This document shows positions 56,499 through 64,000 of a stretch of DNA of 64,000 nucleotides, one piece after another. A program made the translations under genes and the position numbers. The stretch comes from Candidatus Iainarchaeum sp. (lineage in GTDB: Archaea > B1Sed10-29 > WALL01). Where the stretch lies: NCBI GenBank assembly GCA_023129115.1, contig JAGMCR010000011.1, positions 43,909 through 107,908 on the forward strand, read 5' to 3'. The number at the start of each line of letters is the position of its first letter. Positions within the stretch are counted from its first letter, which is position 1. The notes beneath the pieces were generated by a model. It saw only the letters and a list, made by a program, of their open reading frames with translations, ran no database searches and was not told where the DNA came from.

Positions 56499-57380
56499 TC
56501 ATAGTCCCGCCGGTTTGCTGGTCTCAATAAGTATTATGAAGCCCATCGCGGCAAGCGGCAGCCCGAGGTACGTCGTGAGCTGGAGCACCAGCTTCACGGG
56601 CACGGGCAGGCCGCCGAGTATTCCCATTATCGACAATAGGACGAATATCATCACGATTCCGGCGACGAACACTGTGGAATAAATCTCGGCGAACATGGAC
56701 AGGGTCTCGATGTACTTGGCCTCTATCCTGTGCTGCTCTTCCATGAGCGCCTTGGACTTGCCGATGAGCATGGCCCGGAGGTCCCCGCCCGTGCGGATTG
56801 TCGCGACGATTGACCACAGCAGGTCCTTGAACTTGTGCGACGGCGTGCGCGCCGCCACCTCGGAAATAGCGGACAGCGTGTCGTAGCCGAACACGACTAT
56901 GTTCTGCGAGATGCTCCTGCAGGACTTCGCCAGCTCGCCGTATTCCTCGAACTGCCCCATCATCTGGAATATTACGTGGGGGGGGACGCCCGTGCCGGCA
57001 ATCGTGGCCATGTGCGTCGCCGCGAAGGCGACGTGCTTGTCGAGCGCGTTCTTGAGCGAGTTCAGGCGGTACTGGGGGTAGGCCATGTAAATCAGCAAGA
57101 TGACCCCCGCCACAAGCGGGAGCCCAATCAGTTCCGCGATGAGCATCTCGAGTATCCCCGCCTTCATGAAGGTGAACGCCCACACCCATATGATGAAGAA
57201 CACCGCGGGCACGGCGATGAGGCTGGACAGCATGAACGACGCGATGTACTCGTCCATGGCCACGCCTATGTCCGCCTTCTGGAGCGAGACCTTGATGCTC
57301 TCGAAGACCTTGTCCAAGTAGTGGACGTGGCTCTTGAACAGCGAGTACGCGAGGAGCGAGTACTTCTTCGTTGCTATCAT
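56499..57380 (-). CDS. T2SS-F/TadB-like platform protein, system C
   Basis: SLQKADI, FAATHMATIAGTGVPP, GYDTLSAI, TPSHKFKDLL. Start reassigned to MIATKK. Confidence 0.88.
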   Translation of the reverse strand: MIATKKYSLLAYSLFKSHVHYLDKVFESIKVSLQKADIGVAMDEYIASFMLSSLIAVPAVFFIIWVWAFTFMKAGILEMLIAELIGLPLVAGVILLIYMAYPQYRLNSLKNALDKHVAFAATHMATIAGTGVPPHVIFQMMGQFEEYGELAKSCRSISQNIVVFGYDTLSAISEVAARTPSHKFKDLLWSIVATIRTGGDLRAMLIGKSKALMEEQHRIEAKYIETLSMFAEIYSTVFVAGIVMIFVLLSIMGILGGLPVPVKLVLQLTTYLGLPLAAMGFIILIETSKPAGL

Positions 57381-57386
57381 AACAAC

Positions 57387-58735
57387 GGGCGAAAACCACC
57401 GCTTTTTAAACGGTGGAGGAATCGCACCTCCCTCCTTTCTCGGCAAGCCATAGCCGATAAGTATCTAAATACTTCTTGCATGGTACCACTCAGGATGCCT
57501 GCTATTAAATGCTTGAGGCTGAACCTGCTCAAGCCTTCAAGAGAGAAGCAAAGACTGTTGAACGAGCTTGGCAGTGAGTATGCCCGCGTTTTCACTGAAT
57601 TAAGAGCAATATACAGCTTTGCTCACCTCACTTCTGCCATTGAATTGCACGAGTGGACTTACCGCGCTGTCCGCAGGGACTCTTTTCTGCCTTGCCAGCT
57701 CGTGCAGGAAGCCACGCGTTTGGTCAAGGCGACCATCAAGCATAATAACCCCACTCCCAACCCACGTTTCAACACGCGGGTGATGTCGTTCAAGACCACT
57801 AAGCGGGGAAACCCCGTGCTTTCCTTGAGCTTCAAGCCATGCAAGCGTGTCCTTCTCCCAGTCGCTCAAGACGGTGCTTGGGAGCGATTCAACTCCTTCG
57901 TCACTAATGGCTGGGCTTGTTCCAGCGTTGTTTACCAACGTGGCGTGATTTGGGCGACCATCAAAAAGGACGTCAAGCCTGCCAAGCCCATTACCCACAA
58001 CTTCATAGGTGTTGACGTTGGATGCAGGTGCCTGGCAGCCGTCACTGTTTACGACTCCTTCAACCACAAAATCAGGAAACAGCTTTATTTTGGCAAGGAC
58101 ATCGCCAACAGGCAGGAACGGTTTTCCGCACGGCGTGCGAACCTCCGGTCCCTGGCTGACACCGGAAGCCGAAGAGCAGCCAAATCCCTCAAGAAAATGA
58201 GGCGGAAGCAACGCAATTTCGTCAGAAACAGGAGCTACGAAGTAGCTTGGCAAGTCGTCAGGCTCGCTAAAGAATACGGGGCCACTATCGCGCTTGAAGA
58301 CCTTAACGGGCTCAAGCAGAGAACCGTGGTCAGGGGGGCGAAGCGACTGAACAAGATAGTTCAACGACTCCCTTACCAGAAATTCCGTTTCGCTCTCGAA
58401 AGCATTTGCTTGGTTGAGGGAGTCGCCATCGCAGCAGTCAACCCGCGCAACACCAGCAGGGCTTGCTGCGCGTGTGGAGTGATTGATAAAAGAAATCGCA
58501 TTAATGGAGGCAAGCTCTTCAGATGTGTTAGCTGCGGCTTCGTTGCTAACGCTGACAGAGTTGGCTCTGTTAACATAGCCGGCAGAGCGGCCGAAAAGCA
58601 GGTGTTGCTTCAAAGCCAGTCTTCTGCTGGTCGGGTGTCCATAAACGCACTCTTGCGTTCCGATGAAAGTTGTGGTTTGGTATCGCATACCTAAGCCATT
58701 TCCTTGAGGAAAAGCCACTCTCAGTGGCAGTTTAT
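57387..58735 (+). mobile_element. IS200/IS605-family (IS1341-like, tnpB-only) element 2
   Basis: Left hairpin CCACCG...CGGTGG; right end AAGCCACT-CTC-AGTGGCAGTTTAT; left end resembles that of element 1. Removal restores an ATGA gene overlap. Ends are inferred. Confidence 0.72.
57495..58694 (+). CDS. tnpB: TnpB RNA-guided nuclease (apparently intact)
   Basis: IGVDVG, IALEDL, VNPRNTSRACCACG, CVSCG, NADRVGSVNI. Start at MPAIK (or 57480). Confidence 0.88.
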   Translation: MPAIKCLRLNLLKPSREKQRLLNELGSEYARVFTELRAIYSFAHLTSAIELHEWTYRAVRRDSFLPCQLVQEATRLVKATIKHNNPTPNPRFNTRVMSFKTTKRGNPVLSLSFKPCKRVLLPVAQDGAWERFNSFVTNGWACSSVVYQRGVIWATIKKDVKPAKPITHNFIGVDVGCRCLAAVTVYDSFNHKIRKQLYFGKDIANRQERFSARRANLRSLADTGSRRAAKSLKKMRRKQRNFVRNRSYEVAWQVVRLAKEYGATIALEDLNGLKQRTVVRGAKRLNKIVQRLPYQKFRFALESICLVEGVAIAAVNPRNTSRACCACGVIDKRNRINGGKLFRCVSCGFVANADRVGSVNIAGRAAEKQVLLQSQSSAGRVSINALLRSDESCGLVSHT

Positions 58736-61700
58736 ATGTTTTTCAGCACCTCTTCCGGGGAAGAGTAGTATTTTTGGATTATCTTGCCCACATCGACGTA
58801 GTACCTGATGTTGTTGTCCTTCATCCACTTCAGGATTTGCCGCCGCCTCTGGACCTCTTCCCAGATGTCCTTTTCCTCGATGCCCTTGTCCTCGATGATG
58901 CGCTGGAACACGTAGCTCTTGTCCGACGAGAACTCGAACGTGTCAGTGGACGGGTTCCACTTGAACAGCGTGTTGATGATTGGCTCCTGCTCCTTGGTGA
59001 GGCCGAGGACTTCGACGACTTCCTTGATGCGGCGCACCTCAATCCCCTTTATCCGCGCCTTCGTCAGCACGATTATGATGTTCAGGTGCTGGAGCAGCCC
59101 AGCCGACAGGCTAATCGGCGGTGTTTGCAAACGGTGCATGACCGCGTCCACGGAGTCGCCGTGGATTGTGGCCATCCCTGCGTGGCCCGTGTTGTGGAGC
59201 ATTATGCCGCCGAAGCCGCCGACAAAGTTTTGTGTGCCCGGCACGCACAGGTCGTACACTGGCTCACTTTTTCCCAGCACTATTTTCTTGACTTCCTTCA
59301 CTGGGTCGGCGTACACGTCCCCTGCCAGGCGCGGGTTGGGCCTTGCGGGAACCGTAAACTCCACTGCCTTGCCGATTGGCGTGGCCCACTTCATGAATTC
59401 TTCCTGCTCGCTCCTGCGGTAGAACTCAACGCGGTACATGTCTTCTTTTGTGTGGTAGGCATGGGCAGCGATGCCGTAGCAAAGCAGGAGATGCATCACT
59501 TGGTCCGCGAGTTCCTTGGACTTTGTGCTGTACTGGAACGTTTTTTCACTGCAGTAGCCGTCGCCTGCCCACATTGCCGAGAGCAGGTGGCCAATCCTCT
59601 GCTTTGACAGGCCGAACACGAGGTCTGGAAGCGTTTTGCTCGCGGAGCCAGTCCCGCAGTAGTGCTTCAGGAACTCGAACACGACCTTGTGGCTGAACGA
59701 GAGCTCGGTGCACTCGCCGTACCCCCGGGTAATCCTCTTTCTTGGTGCCTTTCCGCTCACTGCTTTTATGCATTGCTCCATGTCCTCAAGAATTGCTGGG
59801 CTGCTGTTGTAGAGCTGGATGCTGTTGTTCTTGGCGGCGGTGTTCAGCGAGCCTTCTGAAATGTAGTAGCCCATGAGGCGCAGCAGCTCATCGGTTATTT
59901 CGAGGGCTGCCGGCAGTTTCTCGCTCTTGCGGTCGAACTTTACCTTGATTCCAGTTGGGCTGTTGGCGATGCCTGCCGCTGACAAGAGCCTGAAGTACTT
60001 GTCTGCGTGGAGTGCGGACATGCCTTTCCCGTAGTAGTCGGAAATCGTTTTCACTCCAGCAATTTCGCCTGCCTTTTCCCACCCAATGGCCTGAACGGCT
60101 TTTTTTATGTACTGGGGCGCGACGACGCGTATCCCTGGCAGTGCCTTGGCGAGGTTGATGTGCCTGATGTCTGCATAGCCGCAGGGAAGCACCGCGGGGA
60201 CCGCGAGGGAGTCGCCGGCCCCCAGCTCTTCCACGCGCTTTTCGGTGACGCCGCCGTTTTCTATTGTGAACACTGAGTGGTCGCCCGTCGTCTCGACGGT
60301 CCGCCCAGTGGCCGTCCTTATGCGGTACAGCTCTTTCCGTGGCTCGTGCTGGACGCAGGCCTTGAGTGGCAGGGCTTTCACTTTCCCGTTGTCTATTGTT
60401 ATTGCCTTGTAGCCAGTGAGGTCTTTTCCCACCAGGTCTTTTATCGGAACGCGCTGTGGGCTGCCCTCCTTGTCCAGGACGAACACTTTTTCGCTGCCAC
60501 GGACTGACGCCATTCCCTGGAACAGCACGTACGCTTCCTTGCCACGCACCTCGCCCACGATTAGCTCGTCGGGCCGCTCGCGCAGCGCAGCCCTGAGCAG
60601 GTCGTACATGCTTATTTCCCCGGACCTGCGGCCGCTCAGGTCCTGGCGGCCGAATCCCGTGCGCACGACTTTTTGGAGCCAGTGCTCGTGCGGCAGCCGG
60701 ATTTCGGGCGTGTCCTCGATTGACACAATCTTTGTTTCCCCTGGGAGGAACATGCTCATGGCGTTCAGGAAAGACGTCTTGCCGGACGCTGTGCCGCCGG
60801 CGTACAGCAGGGACCGCCTGTACTCAATCGCAATCCAAAGGTACGCGCCAATCATTTCCGGCAGCGTCCCGAAGTTCAACAAGTCAGTTATCGTGAGTGG
60901 GTCCTTGGTAAACTTCCGGATTGTAAAAGTGCTTCCGTGCATGGCGATGTCCTTGTGCGACGAAAAAGTCGCCTGCAGGCGGCTGCCGTCGGGCAACGCC
61001 CCGTCCAATAGCGGCTCGGCGACACTGATGTGCTTGCCGCACCTTTGCGCCATGCGGATGATGAACTTGTTGAGTGTTTCCTCGCTGCCGAACATGAGGT
61101 TGGTCGGGATGCTTGCGTACTTGCGGTGGTAGATGTAGAGCGGTATCTTGACGCCGTCGCACGAGATGTCCTCAATGTTCGGGTCGTGCATGAGCGCCTC
61201 AATCATCCCGAGGCCGAGGAAGTCCCGGTACATATAGTAAAGGAGCTTCTGGTACTCGTGATCGCTGAGGCGTATGCCATAGTCCTTGATTACCTTGTCG
61301 ACCTTCTCCTTGAGTATGTCCCGAACAGACGTTGCCCCCTTCAGCTCGAAAAGGTTGATGTCGAGCAGCTCTACGACAATTTCTTTCACCATGCCGAGGC
61401 TACGCTCCTGGTCCTTGGTGAGGTAGGGCTCGAGCAGGTAGTACGCGAGGTGGCTCTCGTTCTTGTCCCAGAACAGGTTGGCGAACGCGAAGGGCTTGAC
61501 GAGCGAGTAGACCTGGTTCACCTGCGTGAACTCTGGCGGCTTCCACGCGGAGCTCATCTTCTTGAGGTATTGCGTTGGGATTTTGTGGGCCTTGAGCGGG
61601 ATGTTTTTCATCCGGCTTTCTTTTTCTATGGTATCGATTTTTTGCTTCATCTTGGTGAAGTCTGCAATCGACATGGTGACCTCGGGCTTTGGCTTGATTG

Positions 61701-62019
61701 CCCCACCAACAGTCTTTATATTGGAGAAGTCGACGGACTGGGGCAGCTTGATTTGATGCAGGTCTTCCGCCGCCTCCCCCCTCTCGAAGTCTTCCCTCAT
61801 CTTCTTGAGCTCTTCCGCCTTCCTTTCCATGTCGTCCTTGGTCTCCTCTGTCTTGATGGCGCCGAGCTCGGCCCCCATGTCCTTTACCGAAATCTCTTCG
61901 TCGATGTCCGCTATGTCGGGCAGCCCGAACTCTTCCTCTTCTTCCTTGGGCTTTTCCGTGGCCCGCTTTTTCCTTATCTTGTCCGCGGTCTTTTCCAGGA
62001 CTTTTTTCCGGATGGGCAT
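58732..62019 (-). CDS. Type II/IV secretion (FlaI/VirB11-like) ATPase, system C, intein-containing
   Basis: DPNIEDISCDG, LPDGSRLQ, FTIRKF, GGTASGKTS, SIEDTPEI, ALRERPDELIVGEVRG, TGHAGMATIH. Confidence 0.92.
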   Translation of the reverse strand: MPIRKKVLEKTADKIRKKRATEKPKEEEEEFGLPDIADIDEEISVKDMGAELGAIKTEETKDDMERKAEELKKMREDFERGEAAEDLHQIKLPQSVDFSNIKTVGGAIKPKPEVTMSIADFTKMKQKIDTIEKESRMKNIPLKAHKIPTQYLKKMSSAWKPPEFTQVNQVYSLVKPFAFANLFWDKNESHLAYYLLEPYLTKDQERSLGMVKEIVVELLDINLFELKGATSVRDILKEKVDKVIKDYGIRLSDHEYQKLLYYMYRDFLGLGMIEALMHDPNIEDISCDGVKIPLYIYHRKYASIPTNLMFGSEETLNKFIIRMAQRCGKHISVAEPLLDGALPDGSRLQATFSSHKDIAMHGSTFTIRKFTKDPLTITDLLNFGTLPEMIGAYLWIAIEYRRSLLYAGGTASGKTSFLNAMSMFLPGETKIVSIEDTPEIRLPHEHWLQKVVRTGFGRQDLSGRRSGEISMYDLLRAALRERPDELIVGEVRGKEAYVLFQGMASVRGSEKVFVLDKEGSPQRVPIKDLVGKDLTGYKAITIDNGKVKALPLKACVQHEPRKELYRIRTATGRTVETTGDHSVFTIENGGVTEKRVEELGAGDSLAVPAVLPCGYADIRHINLAKALPGIRVVAPQYIKKAVQAIGWEKAGEIAGVKTISDYYGKGMSALHADKYFRLLSAAGIANSPTGIKVKFDRKSEKLPAALEITDELLRLMGYYISEGSLNTAAKNNSIQLYNSSPAILEDMEQCIKAVSGKAPRKRITRGYGECTELSFSHKVVFEFLKHYCGTGSASKTLPDLVFGLSKQRIGHLLSAMWAGDGYCSEKTFQYSTKSKELADQVMHLLLCYGIAAHAYHTKEDMYRVEFYRRSEQEEFMKWATPIGKAVEFTVPARPNPRLAGDVYADPVKEVKKIVLGKSEPVYDLCVPGTQNFVGGFGGIMLHNTGHAGMATIHGDSVDAVMHRLQTPPISLSAGLLQHLNIIIVLTKARIKGIEVRRIKEVVEVLGLTKEQEPIINTLFKWNPSTDTFEFSSDKSYVFQRIIEDKGIEEKDIWEEVQRRRQILKWMKDNNIRYYVDVGKIIQKYYSSPEEVLKNI
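59191..60507 (-). mobile_element. Intein (439 aa) with LAGLIDADG homing endonuclease
   Basis: FQGMA|SVRGSEKV ... block B TTGDHSVF ... LMGYYISEG, SAMWAGDG ... VYDLCVPGTQNF ... LHN|TGH. Removal restores FQGMATGH. Confidence 0.9.
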
Positions 62020-62029
62020 TTTTTCAACC

Positions 62030-62479
62030 TCAGCAGGTTAGTGAAAGGCTATAGTGCGTGTTGTTCCTCGACACCCTGGCGCACATGGCTGGTGGATAGA
62101 TTGTCGTGGTGTCGAGCTCTACGTAGCTCGTGTTCAGGAACAATGGGTGCCGCGCGGCCATCTGCGGCCACTTCAGGGACCGCACCTTGACGTACGCCAG
62201 GCCGCCGATGTCCTCGAGCTGCATGGAGTACTGGCCGGAGTAATAGTCCTGGGACACCGGGACGCGAAACGTTTGGTTGGCCGACTGGCCCGGGCCCAGG
62301 TACTGCGCGACACTGAACAGGTTCCCCGCGACGTACTCGCTCACGCCCACGAGCGTTTGCTTCTGCGACTCCCGCTTTATCGCGTCCTCGAGCGATAGGG
62401 TGGCGTACGCCAGCGCGACGATTAGGAAGAACCCAAGCGCAACGCGCGCGACGAACGAGACGCTGAACTGGCCCTTCAG
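62030..62479 (-). CDS. Pilin-like protein, probable CTG start
   Basis: The frame extends upstream of the called GTG to CTG-AAG-GGC-CAG: (M)KG|QFSVSFVARVALGFFLIVALAYA. GGAGGTGA RBS lies just upstream. Confidence 0.65.
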   Translation of the reverse strand: MKGQFSVSFVARVALGFFLIVALAYATLSLEDAIKRESQKQTLVGVSEYVAGNLFSVAQYLGPGQSANQTFRVPVSQDYYSGQYSMQLEDIGGLAYVKVRSLKWPQMAARHPLFLNTSYVELDTTTIYPPAMCARVSRNNTHYSLSLTC

Positions 62480-63060
62480 CAGATTTTCACCTCCACAATG
62501 GGCTTGCTCGACGTGCCGTTGTAGCCGAGCTTCCTCGCGGTGAGCTGCGCCCTCGGCCCGCTCCTGCCCTTGCAGATGATGCTTTCCTCTATTTGCACGT
62601 CGTCATAGCACGCCACCATCTCAATTGCCTGCGACCCTTGGCCGGTTCCGCCGCGGAAGACGTTCGTGTACGGCATGCGCGACATTTTTATGCCTGTGTC
62701 ACTGTCCTGTATCACGTAAGTCGTGCTGTTGCACGTAGCGTTTGGTGTCTCGGTTATCCTGTCGTACACCTCTGCGTTCAACTGCGCGGTGTACTTCACC
62801 CAATTATGGGCCGCGTCCACCTGCATCACGCCTTTTGCGTAGTACAGGTTCATCCTCGTGGTGAAATTGATGTCGCCGTGGCTCACCGACTGGATTAGCT
62901 GGTCCACCGAAATCATCTGTGACTCCATGTTGTGCGCAATGGGCGTGTCCTGGAGCCGCTGTATCTCGTAAGTCCCCCACAAATAGGCTGCTACGGACAT
63001 TATGACGACCAGCGCCAGCAAAAGCACGTATGAGACCGCGGGGCTTACTCCTTTTCGCAT
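62476..63060 (-). CDS. Archaeal type IV pilin
   Basis: Classic MRKG|VSPAVSYVLLLALVVIMSVAAYLW signal; several N-x-S/T sequons. Confidence 0.85.
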   Translation of the reverse strand: MRKGVSPAVSYVLLLALVVIMSVAAYLWGTYEIQRLQDTPIAHNMESQMISVDQLIQSVSHGDINFTTRMNLYYAKGVMQVDAAHNWVKYTAQLNAEVYDRITETPNATCNSTTYVIQDSDTGIKMSRMPYTNVFRGGTGQGSQAIEMVACYDDVQIEESIICKGRSGPRAQLTARKLGYNGTSSKPIVEVKIC

Positions 63061-63160
63061 AGTATCCACTATTCCTGCCCGAATAACTCACCAAACCTTT
63101 TTAAAGGTTCTTGCCCGTAAAACCGGGCTTATCCCGCCGTAAACCCCTTTCCCCCCGGGT

Positions 63161-63862
63161 TCATCTCACCGGCTCGTACGAGTCGTGGCTCTTGCCGGTG
63201 GCGTGGTACTTTATGGCGTTCGTGACGTGGAACTTCACGTAGTTCCCGTACCCCCAGCCCTTGACCCTCCGCAGCGAGACATAGACGTGGCCGTGGGGGT
63301 TATAAGCCACTTTTCCGACGCCCATGAGCTTCTTGGTGAGGTCTAGGTCCTCTGCAGTGACCAGGTCAGTGTTGAAGCCCCCGACCTCCTCAAACGCGCT
63401 GCGCTTGAACGCGAGGTTCGAGCCGGCGGGCACCGGATTGCCGAGGCAGTCCATCACGTGCATGTACCTGGACATGACGTTCCTGCACATCCACGCCTCG
63501 GTCCTGCTCCCGTCGTACGGCACTATGTTGCCGTACAGGCCTACATTGCCGTCAAACCGCGACACAATGCTGTCGAGCCAGTTCACTGGGGCCTGTATGT
63601 CCGCGTCCGTGGACACGATTGTCCTGCCCTTTGCCGCATCACACGCCTTTTGCCTGCCCGCCGCTATGGTGGGCTTGGGCTCAACCAAGAATTTCGCACC
63701 GTAGTCGCGGCAGATGGCCTCTGTCGCGTCTGTCGAGCACCCGTCCCCAACGACTATCTCGTAGCTCCCCCCGAATTCCTGCCTGCTGAGGCTCTCGAGG
63801 CAGGGGGCAAGGTATTTCTCCTCGTTGAGGGTGGGTATAATCACGGATACGTCCATGGTCAT
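63161..63862 (-). CDS. Glycosyltransferase family 2
   Basis: VSVIIPTLNEE, VVGDGCSTDAT, STDAD, GSNLAFKRSAFEEVGGF, AEDLDL. Confidence 0.92.
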   Translation of the reverse strand: MTMDVSVIIPTLNEEKYLAPCLESLSRQEFGGSYEIVVGDGCSTDATEAICRDYGAKFLVEPKPTIAAGRQKACDAAKGRTIVSTDADIQAPVNWLDSIVSRFDGNVGLYGNIVPYDGSRTEAWMCRNVMSRYMHVMDCLGNPVPAGSNLAFKRSAFEEVGGFNTDLVTAEDLDLTKKLMGVGKVAYNPHGHVYVSLRRVKGWGYGNYVKFHVTNAIKYHATGKSHDSYEPVR

Positions 63863-64000
63863 AAGTATGAGGATGGTTCTCCTTTTTATTGTAGTGCCTG
63901 TAATGTCACTAAAAAACCGGGGTTATAGGCACTACGCGCCCCATCACCCAAATGACAAACCAACTCCCAACACACAGTTTTAGGCCTCGCGCCGCAAGAA

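Noticed and set aside
56835-57494. Apparent 220 aa N-terminal extension making TnpB 619 aa (Cas12-sized)
   Set aside because: The extension is the antisense of tadB plus the IS left end; a TATA box lies just before MPAIK.
53223-63060. System C as an archaellum operon
   Set aside because: No recognisable archaellin, FlaH, FlaF or FlaG, and two separate TadB/C-like genes rather than one FlaJ.

Overview
GC-rich archaeal DNA with TATA-box promoters, many NTGA stop/start overlaps, deoxyhypusine synthase and a PAC2 chaperone. The gene content suggests a DPANN lineage (Iainarchaeota/Micrarchaeota-like); this is an inference. The window is almost entirely a cell-surface super-locus. It holds three type IV pilus/Tad-like ATPase + membrane-platform modules, about 13 genes with class III (prepilin-type) signal peptides and an archaeosortase-like gene. 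It also holds several giant Cys-rich surface proteins: one >2230 aa that the ORF track missed at <1-6704, plus ones of 1532, 1094 and ~3596 aa. Highlights: (i) a Tad-type ATPase with an N-terminal 16-Cys, four-cluster-type ferredoxin domain; (ii) three tandem pairs of a small membrane/lipoprotein anchor gene plus a secreted modular adhesin gene, showing domain shuffling; (iii) an intein in the third ATPase; (iv) two tnpA-less TnpB elements inserted at gene junctions, whose empty sites can be reconstructed; (v) five toxin-antitoxin-like modules, two of them convergent PIN/RHH pairs; (vi) a bipartite inverted repeat bracketing a pilin block. I found no rRNA, tRNA or CRISPR array. All product calls come from motif recognition by eye, not database searches.
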